A stretch of DNA of 64,000 bases from Phyllosticta citribraziliensis. Its lineage: Eukaryota. A program made the position numbers and the translations under genes. The notes beneath the pieces are model-generated. The model saw only the letters and a program-made list of their open reading frames with translations. It was not told the origin of the DNA and did no database searches. Numbering within the stretch: the stretch's first letter is position 1; each line of letters starts with the position of its first letter. Shown here piece by piece: positions 1 through 12,506 of this stretch. The stretch covers positions 186,001 through 250,000 of the forward strand of contig NW_027117353.1 of assembly GCF_038025025.1 (NCBI RefSeq), given 5' to 3'.

Positions 1-111
1 ACCGCCCACCACCGCGCAACCTAGACTACAGGATTTGCAAGCTCAGCTCTTCGAAGACTTACCATCCACAACATCGTCGGTCCACCATCGCAAACCTCAA
101 AGCCCGTCGCC

Positions 112-1485
112 ATGCTGCTTTACAAATCACAACCGATCCCGATTCGCGAGCGTCAAGACTGCTTGAAGCTCCCAACTTCGACCAAGATCTACTCTCTCGC
201 CAGATCTTGCATCACGAGCAAGTCGCCGTCAGGTCTTGTCCGCGAGCCATGCAAGCATCCACGCAGTCCAAGTCTAGGACGCGGCGATCACAACTCAACC
301 GACGATTCCTCGACCATCTCTTCCACATCAAGAACAAGCCTGGACTCGGCATACTACGGCCCATTGTCGTCAAACACTTCGATAGCTGAATGCCCAATCA
401 GTGGGTCGGACAAGATCATCACTCAACGGATCGAGGCCGAGGTCGACCGGATCAGCACAGATATCGCACAATGCAACTTCATGGAAGACGGCCTGCGCCA
501 GCAGCACTGGAACGCTTCACTCGACAACCTCGCTGCGACTGAACAAGACGCAACACTTCCCATGCCTCACGTGCAAGACATCTCTCTGGCACTGACGGAT
601 TCGCATGTCTTGGGTGATCCTATTTTCATGAGCTCCGCCGGCTTTGAGGTGGGACCAGCAGGTTTGCAGATTGGACATTGCAGCTACCTGAATCTGCCGG
701 CTGGCGAATGCTGCAGCATGCGCATCATTGGGCCGACTTGCGTGGAGGACCGACCGCGCTTTCAGCTGGTCATGACAACGACCGTGATGGATGTGAGAAC
801 CACAAACAGGCATTGGAAACTATGCTTGATCTACGACGTTACGGAGGCGATCAATGAATTGGCAACGGCAAGGTTGACGGGCAGTCTGGAAATGCAGTTC
901 AAGTCAGCCCAAGGATACAATCAACTGGACGTCGCGGTCGAGTGTCTAGGAGAAACCAGGTCTCCAGACGAGCCATTCGACTGGAACGCATTCATTGAAG
1001 ATGATCTGACGGCACAAGACGTCCAAAGTCCCGCCAGCAGGAGCGGAAAGGAAGCCCAAATAGCACCAGAGTCTCTCGACGTGCCAGCAGACATTGCCCG
1101 CTTCATTCAGAGCGCATCGCTCATGCGATCACGAGCAAAGAAGTTCTTCATCCTTACCCCACGCCCACTCGAGCACCGCAAACGCTCCCTCGCCCAGGTC
1201 TTCCGGCGCAAGAAGTCCATCTGGGCCATCGAAATCGCAAACCTCAGCGTCAGCTTCGTCTCCAGTGAATTGCTCCAGGAGACAGAGGTCCTCGACCGAC
1301 TGGCCAGCCACCTCCGCCGCTGCACGGCCGAGAGCGTCATCAAGTGTTTCGACGACGGTGAGGGCTTCGAGTGGCGCGCCACGCTGCGGCCGGGAATTGA
1401 GACTGCCATCAATTGCTTCCCTATCGACAATGGCCGCGTGGCGATGGCGCGAGAGGTTTGGTGGGTCTGCTTTGTCGAGATCTGA
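112..1485 (+). CDS. Hypothetical protein with degenerate LOV/PAS-like domain and C-terminal DUF resembling fungal RGS-LOV proteins
   Basis: Single 457-aa ORF. aa157-245 (LALTD..DPIFMSSAGF..GHCSYLN..IYDVTE) echo the LOV consensus (FVITD..NPIIFASDGF..GRNCRFLQ..QxDVT). Ends INCFPID...WWVCFVEI. Confidence 0.6.
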   Translation: MLLYKSQPIPIRERQDCLKLPTSTKIYSLARSCITSKSPSGLVREPCKHPRSPSLGRGDHNSTDDSSTISSTSRTSLDSAYYGPLSSNTSIAECPISGSDKIITQRIEAEVDRISTDIAQCNFMEDGLRQQHWNASLDNLAATEQDATLPMPHVQDISLALTDSHVLGDPIFMSSAGFEVGPAGLQIGHCSYLNLPAGECCSMRIIGPTCVEDRPRFQLVMTTTVMDVRTTNRHWKLCLIYDVTEAINELATARLTGSLEMQFKSAQGYNQLDVAVECLGETRSPDEPFDWNAFIEDDLTAQDVQSPASRSGKEAQIAPESLDVPADIARFIQSASLMRSRAKKFFILTPRPLEHRKRSLAQVFRRKKSIWAIEIANLSVSFVSSELLQETEVLDRLASHLRRCTAESVIKCFDDGEGFEWRATLRPGIETAINCFPIDNGRVAMAREVWWVCFVEI

Positions 1486-2198
1486 TTTGCTACTCGGCCC
1501 AAAATGTCCCCTTGCCAGCCTACCGACGTATCGTCCAAGTTCACTTGACACATCGCGATCAGAAGAATCCGGCGCCGCAAACATGCCTTTGTCGTACATG
1601 CCTGTCCGCGATTTCGCATCCAGATCACGCGCGGCTCGCGCAACTCGACAATCTTAGCACCAACACAACCATCGGGCCATGGGAGCCTCTTCCGGTCACG
1701 CAGCAACTGCACTCAACGACAGCTTACGACGCAGTAACTTATGGCGCGGCAACTTACCTTCTCATCTACAGAGGGGACGAGCATGATGCGCAATCAGGCT
1801 GTCACTTCTTACGCACACTCCCTCTTTTTTCAGTCAATGTTTGGGAACGAACGAACCCCCAATTTGGTTTACAATCCGGGCTCTACAGCATTTGCTGCCG
1901 AGTTGGCTCGTCACTTTCATTTGATCATTTCGGTTTTGCTCATCACTGGGCCTGCACTTTTGGTGAAGGGCGTTATCTAGTGGCTTAGTCTGATTTCTTG
2001 CTTTTGCTTCATTTTTGAGATTTCAACCTTTTCGGAGTTTCTAGTCAATCAAAGATGTCATTTGGCTTCGCTCACACTCAGTAGGGGCGTCCGCCCTCTA
2101 AGTCTTATCGCGGCTGTAATCATTGCGTCAAGTCTTTGTTACCCTGCACTGCTCCGCGTCAAGAACACAAGTCTATCCCAAAAAGAAGGCGACAAGCC

Positions 2199-4108
2199 TC
2201 AAACCAGTCTCAACTCCTCTCCTCTCCTTCCCCTTCCCCTCCCACCGCTACCACCCGCCTGCGCCTGTGCCACATCACTCATCTCTTTTCTTTCTTTTCT
2301 TTCCCTCCTCGCCCCAACATCCAACTTCAGCAGCAACCCGGCGAAAAACGCGCTTTCGTGCTTCTTCCACGCCAACATCTGCGCCCCATCAACGAGGCTG
2401 GCCACCTCCTGGCGCATCTGCAACTCCTCGGTCTGCAACTCCTGGAAACGCGTCCGCAGCTTGGCATACCCGCCCGCGTGATCGTTGAGGACGAGAGCCT
2501 GGACGAGCGCGGGGAGGTGTTTGGCGGCGTAGGCCCGGTCCTCATGAGTGACAACGACATTGACGCCACCGGTCACCATGTCAAGCTCTGCAGCTACAAC
2601 GCCGTTTACTATCGCTGCATAAAGCAACTCTCTATTCTCCGCCAAGACGGCGACGCCGGCCCGCTCGAGCAGCACGCTGAAGCGCACGTTTCGTAGAAGG
2701 TACTGCATGTGGCGCTGCCACGAGCGCCGCTCTGCTGCGTTTGGCGCAGCAAGTTCTTTCACGTAGAGCTTTGCAGCTTTGCGGCGCACGAAAGGGCGCT
2801 CCGTGGCCGAAAGCGGTGGCGTCAGGAAGCGGAAGTAGTCAGTGATGACTTGCTCGAGCGTGGGAGTCGGCGTGTCCAGGGGGCGTGCGAACACTTGAGC
2901 CACCTCGACCGCGCGGTCGTGCTGGATAGCGTTGCTGATGGCCGCGCTGTGCTCTTCAGGGGCGTGGGTTGTGGCGATGTCGTCGCCGAGCTGGGCCTAT
3001 GTGGTGGTCGTTGTTATTATCATGTGGGAGGTCTTGCGGAGTGGAGTAGATAGGGAAGAAAGAGATGGATGCACTGGGAGGAAAGGGAGAGGGCTGGACT
3101 TACGAGTTCTTCGGCTCTCCTGCGCATATCGGCCGAAATGGTACGAGGATCGAGACGCGGATCGATGGACTCGTTCGCCTGAGGATCTCTCTGGTCTGCA
3201 CTTCCATCGTTGTCACGTTGTTCATCCTCCTCCTCCTCCTCCTCCTCTTCTTGTTCCTGTTCCTGCTCTGCTCGCTCTCTTTCAAGATCACCATACTTCT
3301 TTGTCAGCAGCCCAACCACAACCACCGCCAAAGCCAGTACCAAAATCACAGCCCGCACAGCGACGGGCAAACCCAGAGCCCACAAAAAGTACAACGTGGC
3401 CATTCTGCCGCATCCAACAAAGGACGCCGTCCACCCCATCGCTACGACGTTGAGCAATACGTCCATATCCTCGCACAGTCGCGGCGAAGACGCGTACCAA
3501 CAGACACGCAAGGAGCCCGCGCCGTCGCGGCTGACGTCAACGCCAGTGGAAGAATAGAGGAAAAGCCAGGCAGCGAAGGCAACGAGAGCGACGCTGAGCG
3601 CAGTCCTGGTCAGTCTATAGGCGAGCGAGATCCATCTGGAGACGTTGCCGCGGGCTGCTGCGACGGTCCTTTGTCCTTTTCGCCACAGCCACCGCAGCAC
3701 CGTCAACGGACGACAAAGCGTGAGCAGGAAAAACGAGCCCCTGAGCCACACGGGCATCTCCCACAATTCGGCGTAGTGCAGGAGCGTCAGGTAGACGACG
3801 CCGATCCACCCGACTGCGACGCCGTAGATAAGTGCCGCCAGGCTGTACGTGAGGTCTTCGTAGAGCGTGACTTGTCTGAAGTTGAAGTCGCGCTCTGGAT
3901 ATAGAAGCTCAGTCTGCGGGGTCCAAATTGACTGGAGGTTGTTGGTGTGGTCTATTCGCAAATAGTATCGTCTGAGCCTGCTCCGGTGGGGCTGGTGGGA
4001 GAATTCCTGCAAGCGAGCCAAGATGTACAGACCCGCTGCGATGATGCAGCACGCGGGTGCGATGATTGCTCTGCGGGCTGCCCATAGGGACTGTCGGCTG
4101 AAAGGCAT
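2199..4108 (-). CDS. Hypothetical multi-pass membrane protein, 600 aa, two exons (4108-3104, 2996-2199)
   Basis: ORFs 3020..4108 and 2199..2903 join in phase 0 through a GTAAGT...TAG intron (3103-2997). Several hydrophobic helices at the N-terminus, a poly-Glu linker and a helical C-terminal half. Confidence 0.65.
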
Positions 4109-4385
4109 GGAGGCGAGGACGGAGTCGTCGGAGACTAGATCAGCAGTGATTCAGTGAGGACCAGAGGTTGAAGATGCAAAGCGGTCGAACACAGGTCAAA
4201 TTTACGAGCTTTTATTAGGAGCCGATACAACTATGCACAGGAGGCGAGGCGCATCGTCCTCCAAGACGAAGTGAAAGTGAGCCATTCGTTAGACGCTAGA
4301 CATGCCCGAGCATCAAAACACGGCATGGTATGTACGCAGATAGATGTCTCAGAGCCACGAAGCAAAAGTCGTATGTACAAGCCAA

Positions 4386-6351
4386 CTAATACGTGTAGCG
4401 GAAGCCTCTGTCCCCCTCGTTCTGCGCAAGAGACGTCAGTTGCAAGACAAGACATGGGGAAAGATAGGGACACGAGGCGAGACTCACGTCTGGATCTTCT
4501 AGAACGACCTCGCCCCTCGCCGCTCTTCTGTTGGCGACGCGGAAAAAGCCACCCAGTGCAAGGACTAGTATTATGTTCATCAGTGCGCAAGCTATGCATG
4601 CGTAGATGCCTGGGCGGTAATCCGGGGCGTCCTGAGTCCTGTGGCAAGACATTAGCATCGAGCGGCCGTGCATTGGAACCCGCAGCGGGAAGACTTTTCG
4701 TACCTGAAGACCAAGCTCCCAGCTATGCCGCCAACGCCGCCAAAACCGACTAGCGTTGCGCTGCAAAAGGCGCGTTTCCACTGTCCCCTGATGTTGTTGG
4801 CCTGGTAGCTCATCGTGGCCGGAACATTGGCATTGGCGCCCGCCGTCACCAAGAAGACGCCGAGGTAGCGGATGCCGGGAGTCTTGTGGAAGCCCATGAT
4901 GGGCAGGCCGACGAGACAGATGACCATGTTGAATAAGATAACGGGCCCGCGCAGCTTCCAGCGGTCACCGGCGTAGCCGTCGGCGTAGATGATGATGGCG
5001 GCGAAGACGTACGGCGGCGCGACCAGGCACTGCGACGCGCCGATGCTGAAGCCCATGTTCTCGTGCAAGATGATGGGTAGGAAGTACGCCAGCGCGTACG
5101 TGATGGTCGTCGTACCGAAGAACACCAGGGCGTAGCCCCAGATCTTCAGGTCTAGCCCTGCGCCGAAGAACTTGCGTGCTGTAAAGGGCTCGGTTTTGGC
5201 GTCGCCGCGGTCTGCGTTGACGCGCGCGATGATGAAGGCGATTTCGCGCTCGTTGAGGAAGTCCCAGGATTTTTGCTTCGAGTCTGGAAAGCCGACCAGG
5301 AGAAAGTAGCCGCCGAAGCCAACGACGCAGGTAAGCTATTATGAGTGTTAGAAATGGCTCACTGGGGCGACCGAGCTGAGGCAGAGGGCGGTCAAGATAT
5401 CTCGAAGGACATATCCTTTTGGCAATCACTGGACCGCGAGATTTTTCACGTACCACTCCCTCGATGATGAAGATCCACCTCCAGCCACCAAGACCCGATA
5501 GTCCGTCCATTTGCATGAGTCCGTAGGCGAGGATTCCAGCGCATGCCGAGGCGACGCAGCCGATGATGTAGAAGACGGAGTAACGCTTGCCCATGTCGTC
5601 TGCACGTAATTCAGCAGCTCGTCTTGAAGAGGTTCTCGTGACACTTACACCTAACGTACCAAGTCGACAAGAGATAGACGGCGCTGGGGAAGAAACCAGC
5701 CTACAATATTCAGCAATGTCCCAACCAGAGTGGCTATTGACAGACTTACCTCGAATACACCCAACAGCGCGCGAAGTCCAGCGAGCGCATTCCACGTGTG
5801 GGCGAAACCCATGCCAATCATGGTAGCTCCCCAAAATACGCAAATTGCGGCGAGGTGCAAACGAGGTCCGATTTTCCGCACGAGCCCGGTCGAAAGGGGC
5901 TGGAAGACGACGTAGGTGACGAAGAAGACGAGCGTGACGAGGGACTGGTGCGCTCACGTCAGTCGAGTTTCGCACACGAGCGGGTTGCGTTGTAACTCAC
6001 GTAGCGATAACCTTTCACCATGTCGAGTTCCACTTGCATGCTGCGAGATTCGGTCAGCGTCGCTCGTGGCGATGGGCTGGGAACAAATGCGACTTCTTAC
6101 CCGGCAATGCTGGCGGCAGACAGGTTCGTCCTATCCATCAGACTGATGCAGTACATGACACCCACTGTCACCACCAAGCGTCGGTCGATTCTGTGAATCA
6201 ACTTCCTCTGCTCCGCCGGCGTGAAGCCGAACGAAATCGCCGCATCTTCAGTGTCGTCGGACCCATTCGAGTAAACGTGGTCGATATGCTCGGGCTGATT
6301 CTTTTCCAGCTCTGCAGACGAAACCGCCTTGTCGTCAGGGGAGGAAGACAT
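4386..6351 (-). CDS. MFS transporter, anion:cation symporter / allantoate permease (DAL5/TNA1)-like, multi-exon
   Basis: Motifs RIDRRLV, SLMDRTNLSAASIAG, LGVFEAGFFP, LSTWY, GLGGWRWIFIIEG, YQANNIRGQWKRA and terminal FRYTY. Seven GT-AG introns restore the frame. Confidence 0.9.
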
Positions 6352-7828
6352 GGCAAAACACAAGTGTCAGGGAGTGACGCGGAACAAAAAAATTGGCCGG
6401 ACAGCTTTCGGTGTCACTTTGGCTGCAAGTCCCTATTTACAGCGCTCGTCGTCGACGTCGTGCCCCGCATTGCTGGGTCACCGCCAAGGGTCAAAGCCCA
6501 TGATGATCCTGAGCGACACCCTCGGGTGACACGCCCTCAAATCTCTTGGCTGTCTACTTGTGGCAGGCACGCCGTTGAGGAGAAGCGCGTCCGTGGAGGG
6601 AAGGCGTCGTCTCTAGTCGTGTGGGGGAAACAAGCTCCCGGCACTAGACAGGCATCTTGATGTCCGGAGGAAATGTGATTGAAGCGTGTGGACAGGGATA
6701 ATCCGGGGCCCCGCATTTGCATGGGAGAGCCCTTCGTGACCGGCCTGTGGGTGCCTTTTTTTTGCACACGCGTGGCGCCGTCAGGGAGTGTTCGTCGTCC
6801 GTCTGGGCCTTTCGCTTGTTGCGTTCAAATCGGGTAAGATTGCTGCTGTTGCGAGTCGTCAAATGGGCTTGGCGGCGTCCAATCATGCGCGAAAGGATCA
6901 GCTTGATGACAAGTTGGCGACCTCAATAAATGTTGGCAAGTGTCTTGGAGACTTCCGCGTTGTTGAACCAGTCAATCTGCCCAGCCTTGGTTCCATGCCG
7001 CATGAAGATATCTGACTCGCACGGCGCCTCCGTGGTGTTCTTGCAAGGCGACAATAATCGCTTCGATTTTCGACGAAGTTGGCCAATACAAGCCTTTCAA
7101 AGAAGAATTGCTTTGAATTGGTTAGTCATAAAGCTTGTCATCCGCAGTCTCCATTCGGCCGGGTCGACGAGGCAAATGCATGACGTCGTCAAAGTATGGC
7201 GCCCTCACTTTGCGGGTATTCCACTTCCGAGTTGCCGATGTGGCTGAAAGTCCAATGACATGGCTTAGAGTGGACGCAGCTATGGAGCGCGGCATCTTGG
7301 ACGATCTAGTCAGATTAGCTGGCAGAGAGAAAGGGGAGCTTTCAATCCTCTTTGATAGAGCGACTTTAACAGCAACGCTGTTTGTCGCAATACCAAGGGA
7401 GGCTTTAGCGACAAGTCGCACTTTGGTTTGTTACGACCATGGTGAAAATATCAAAGCTGCAAGTGAGATGCGGACTTTACGGATAAATAGAGCGGCCAAG
7501 TGTTCGAGAACAACTCCCAAGGCAGGTAGCGCCGAGTCATCTTGTCCCGCCTGGGCATACTACTTAAACACAATGTCAGTCTTTCGCCAGTCCACATTAC
7601 AAGCCAGGGTTTCGCACAAAAGAAAAAGCAAGGCATGTCCAAGAAGAGGTTGAAGACGCGGGTCCTCAAAGACAGATGGGGATTCGATGAGCCACATGCA
7701 CCAAGGCACTGAAATGCGCGGGAACAGGAATGATCCGGGGCCTCTACCAAAACGCCCCGCGAATGAGACCAAAGCAATGGAGGAATGACAGAGGAAAAGA
7801 GAAGACCATGTGGAAGGACAATTCGGTG

Positions 7829-9030
7829 CTAGCAGCATCCCCCCCTTCTTCTCGATCCTGGAATGCGGAAAACTTCTTCCCACTCTTGTACCCCAGTCAA
7901 TAGAGCAGCTCCCCGGTGTTTGCCTTTGCGCCGTCGCCTGGTGCCCGCGCCATCTGTTGTGCCGCTCTTGATGCTGCCGTCATCATCGAAATATCCGCTC
8001 CACCCGCCACTGTCTCCGTATTGGATGCCGCTTTGCGGGTCGTCCGGATCTATCTCGCCAATTTCGATTTTGGTCAAGATCATCCGCGCCAGACGGGCAA
8101 AGAGCTCTTCGACGTTGTCGCCCGAGAGCGCCGATACCTCCATGCTGACTGGTATGGAGACGTCGGTCGCCCACCGCGTTGATATGTCGACGGGGACTTC
8201 TCTCCCTTCTGTTGCAGAAGTCGCGGTATTTTGTGTCCCAAATCCGATGCCTCTGTTTGATCTCATCGAACCCCAAGCTGCTGAGCTGCTTGTACTCGAA
8301 GGTGTGGGAAGCGGTTCGTCAATCAAGGTGGGTTCCACTTCGAAGTGTGACTCTCCATCTGAAAGGTCAGTCTTGTTTCCTGCGAGGATGACGGTAAGGT
8401 CCGGAGAAGCGAGGGCGCGGGCGTCGTTGAGAAAGGTGGGGAGAGCTCTGAAGGATGCGTAGGAGGCAATGTCGTATATCAGGATTGCGCCCGCTGCGCC
8501 GCGGTAATAGGAGCGGGAGACGGCGCGGAAGCGTTCAGTCCCTGCAGTATCCCACAGCTACCATGGTGAGTGGATGCTTGACGGTATGGGTACGAGCATA
8601 ATTACCTGCAGCTTAATGCGCTTCCGACGCGCACCAGTGCCGACCTTGATAATCTTGGATGCGAACTCGACGCCGATTGTTTGCGAGGAATAGACTCTCC
8701 CTGGGTGAGATGATAAGAGCCATATTGATAGAAGGGTGTACAGAGTATCGTACATTCGTTCTTGACAAAGCGATGCAACAGGCACGACCTAGAAGGGTCA
8801 GGGTTCGGTCGCCGGGTAGCTTTGGGGGAGGCGCCTACTTTCCACAACCACTTGGGCCAAGCAGTATGATCTTGGCGAGATAGTCGTACATGCTCCCGAG
8901 CTCCTGGTCAGCAGTGTCAGTGTCGGGCAGCTTTGGTGGAGGAGAGTGAAGTTGGAGTAGTTTGTACCTGGTCGCGAACGACGTTTGAGGAGTTGGTGGA
9001 CGCCGCTGAGGGCGCCCTTTGGCGAACCAT
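7829..9030 (-). CDS. RAB4: Rab4-like small GTPase, 5 exons
   Basis: Spliced product MVRQRAPS...DQ|ELGSMYDYLAKIILLGPSGCGKS, TIGVEFASK, WDTAGTERFR, YYRGAAGA, GNKTD, EVSAL and C-terminal GGCC prenylation motif. A second ATG at 8891 is an alternative start. Confidence 0.88.
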
Positions 9031-10098
9031 GGCGATAGAGTGGAGTAGAAGTGGGTCGAGGGAGAAGAAGGAGCAGTCTCGTGTGGAGGAGCAAAATGAC
9101 GTGAAGCGAAAGGTAACGGGTGTAGGCTGGGGATGCCGGCGGTGGTGGTAACGGCGACAGCGCATCAACCTAAGCGGCGGGCGGGCGGGCATGGATGAGC
9201 GCAACGCGCCGTTCGCATGGCCCGCCGCGTGGTCTTCGCTTGCTACCTACGGCACGATCCGAAGTCAGGTGCAATCTGTAAGCCACCACTCCACTGCCAC
9301 CAGCCCCAGGCGCAATCAACCCAACAACTATGGAATGCTGAATGGTTGGTTCAATCATGTCTGCTTCATGTTCCAATCTCTGCGTGTCTGAAGCCAAAAA
9401 TCCAACGCGAACCATGGCACTCGGACTGCCATGGTACTAGCTGCACCGGTCAACCCAATACTGCCCTGGCCTTGGCTCGTTTGCGTATACGGAGTGCACT
9501 TCAAAGTGTCTGGTGAAACCGTCTGTGTCTCCAATGTCTTTTCAACATGTGGGATGTACGGGTCCAGGACGTAGAGTATGTAAGCGGCGGGCGTCGATCA
9601 TTGAGCAACACTCCAACGGCCATGATCGTGCGTTGGAGAAGAACCGAAAGTTGGACCTTTTCCGATTCCTCTAGAACTCTCTTGCTGCGCGCCGGGTCGC
9701 TTAGCCCGTTGCACCGCCGAGGACGAGCCCTAGGATCATCGCCTCGACAGAACCCAGCACGCGACCTGCCATCCAAAACCATCGTCACGTCTTATCCTCC
9801 TCACCACATCATCCTCATTCATTGCATCGCGACATGTGCGGCAATCGACTGAGAGCTTCCGTCTCCGTCGCGGGCCCCGGCTGCGTCGGACCGCCGACGG
9901 CGTTACGTGCGCATCGTCTGGGCTGAGATCTAACGTCATCGAGTGTCGCGTGTCCCAGATTCGCCTGCACAAGTTTCTCCCACCTTCTGGCCGCCGTCCT
10001 TTTTCTCTCACACGATCCTTCCATGGACCTTTAATTCGCTGTCCCTCTCTCTCCGACCGCCTCTCCGTCTCCGACCTCCTCTCTACTCGCTGCCCACC

Positions 10099-11706
10099 AT
10101 GTCCTGGTTGTCGAGCCTCAAACCCGTCACTACTCTGCCAGAGTACCCTGGCCCGTACAAAGTTGGATCCATCGATGTCGAAATTCCCGTCGCCGGCTTG
10201 AACTCGCCAAGCCCGGCGCCCGATTCGAGCATATCTACTGTCGCATACCGCATCTTCTACCCATGCGAACCTTCTGCTAGCGACAGACCCGTACGATGGA
10301 TTCCCAACCCTCAAAGGGGCTACATGGCTGCGTACGCTCGCTTCATGGGGGCCAATTCGGCCTTTGCCAGTGTCTTTTCGTAGGTCGTCTTACATCCATT
10401 GCGTGGCTCAATGCTCATCCGCAACAGATTCTTCCCTCAACTCTTCTACTACATCAACATTCCCGTCCATCGGAATGCGCCACTCCTCTCGCCCCCAACC
10501 AAATCCTCCCGGTGGCCAGTCATGGTCTTTTCGCACGGGCTGGGAGGCACGAGAAATGCATATTCGCAGATAGTTGGCTCGGTTTCGAGCCACGGAGTTG
10601 TGGTGATTGCACCAGAACATCGTGACGGAAGCTGTCCAATCTCGTACATTCGGGCGACGCCAGATACTCCAGCCAAGGCAGTCGACTACGTCACGCTCTC
10701 CCATGAGCCAAGGGAAGATGTATGGGAAAGGAGAGACGAGCAGCTTAAAATTCGCCTCTGGGAGCTCGGTGTTATCCACGACTCGATGCTCAAGATGGAC
10801 GCTGGCGAAGAAATAAGGAATTTGGATGAGAACAAGTCGAAGAACAAGAAGCTCGACACAAGCAACCTCCTGTCCATGTTCAAGGAAAAGCTTGACATGC
10901 ACCGCCCAGGCTCCATTGTCTGGGCCGGGCATAGCTTTGGTGCTGCGACCATGCACCAACTGGTCAAGACAATCTACTGGCAAACGAGCCCAGAGCGCAA
11001 ATATGCCTACGTGCCGCTCTTCTCGCCAAGAGCCACGTCGGAAATCGCCAAACAAATCACGCCATTCTCTCCAGTCGTACTTCTGGACATGTGGTGCCTT
11101 CCTTTGCAAAGCCCAAATACCAGATGGCTGAAGGACAAGCCTATGCCGTGCTATGCTCCACCGGGACCTGGCGGTACCACTTTGGTGGCCATCCTCAGCG
11201 AGGCCTTTTACAACTGGTCGGTGCACATGAAGGAAACGAAGAGACTACTCTCGGAAGACCCGTCAACGAGTTCGCCGAAGAGGACGAAGCCCGGCCCTCG
11301 CTTCTTCTACCCCGTATCCTCGGCGCATCTTTCTCAATCCGACTTTGGGCTCCTGTTCAAGTGGATCTCGAAGACAATTTTCCACGTCGAGGAGCCTGAG
11401 CGCATTCTCAACCTCAACACCCGGTGCATCCTGCAGATGATGCGCGAAAACGGGTTTGACGTCGCAGAAACGATTCGCATCGATGCCGAGGAGGAGATGG
11501 AGGCAGCGAAAGGCAAGGATATGGAAGTCGTCGAATCGAATAGATCAGGTGACTGGAAGATTCTCGACAGCCAAGGCAAGGTCCGTGGATGGATCGCCGT
11601 CACGACCGATTTGTACGAGAAAGACGAGGATCTGACTGCAGCGTCGAATAAGAGCCCTGCAGATGCCGTCGTCGAGCACGAGGTCTTGGGACAAACGACG
11701 AAGTAA
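10099..11706 (+). CDS. Platelet-activating factor acetylhydrolase (PAF-AH II-like alpha/beta hydrolase), 2 exons
   Basis: LPEYPGPYKVG, PVMVFSHGLGGTR, EHRDGS, nucleophile GHSFG, LLDMW and HLSQSDF. One short intron near 10380-10427. No evident signal peptide. Confidence 0.88.
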
Positions 11707-12288
11707 GACGAGCTGGCTCTCTTGTCTCTAACCTGTTTTTCATTACGGAGCACAAAACTGCTGCATATATTTCAGCGTGGGGGAATGAGTGGGCATAGCA
11801 CGGCATGGGCGTTTGGTTTTTGGATCGGCGTCTTACGTGGCTGCGATGAGGCAGGTCAAAGGTGCATTTGGTTTCAACAGGTTTTAATTTTGCTGTTTAC
11901 CAAGTCTCGACACCATATCTTGATATACACTGGGATGAGTCTTGGAATCAACAGATGTAATTTTCATGAGATTGCTCTTGAATGCTCCCCGTGCTCCCCC
12001 TCACTACTGTAGCTCGAGGAAGCCTAAGAAAGCTCCTTGTGTCCTAGCCAAACTTGTTCGACGTGGCCATGCATAACTTCTAGCTCTCAGCCAAAGCCAT
12101 GGCTTGTCTACATGTAGTCAAAGACAGCCCTCAAGGTTGTCAAATCTTAACTTAAAAGCATGCAATGCAGTTGTCAGGACAATTAGACATCCTGATTGGG
12201 CAGGTGTAGTCACGTGGGAGGGTGGTCTACTCGCGGCAAGAGCGACCCGCCACTCCGCATTTTTTGATTGGCCGTCCGTCGAGTCTGG

Positions 12289-12506
12289 ACGCGTCTTAAC
12301 AAGGGAACCGAAGAACCATCCTGCTCCCCGCCCTCCCGCGCTACCGCGTTACACAACCCCAACTGCTCCTCTACATAACCTTCGACTTCTCATCGCCAGG
12401 AAGGCCGCCGTTGACATACTATCCCCCTTCCTCAAGACACGCGATTGGGCTTCCCTACACATCGACCGCCCAACCAGCCGCGGTCGCGGTCGCGGTCGAG
12501 ACGCGT
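12289..12506. promoter_or_regulatory. Candidate MCB (ACGCGT) G1/S elements upstream of the SRA gene
   Basis: ACGCGT at 12289-12294 and 12501-12506, ACGCGA at 12439-12444. Confidence 0.35.

Noticed and set aside
6880..6910. GCGAAAGGATCA resembling the 3' end of a fungal TPP riboswitch
   Set aside because: No CTGAGA or TGAT..GATAAT core, and it is on the opposite strand to the neighbouring transporter.
7135..7653. 172-aa intergenic ORF
   Set aside because: No coding-like codon bias or motif; likely spurious.
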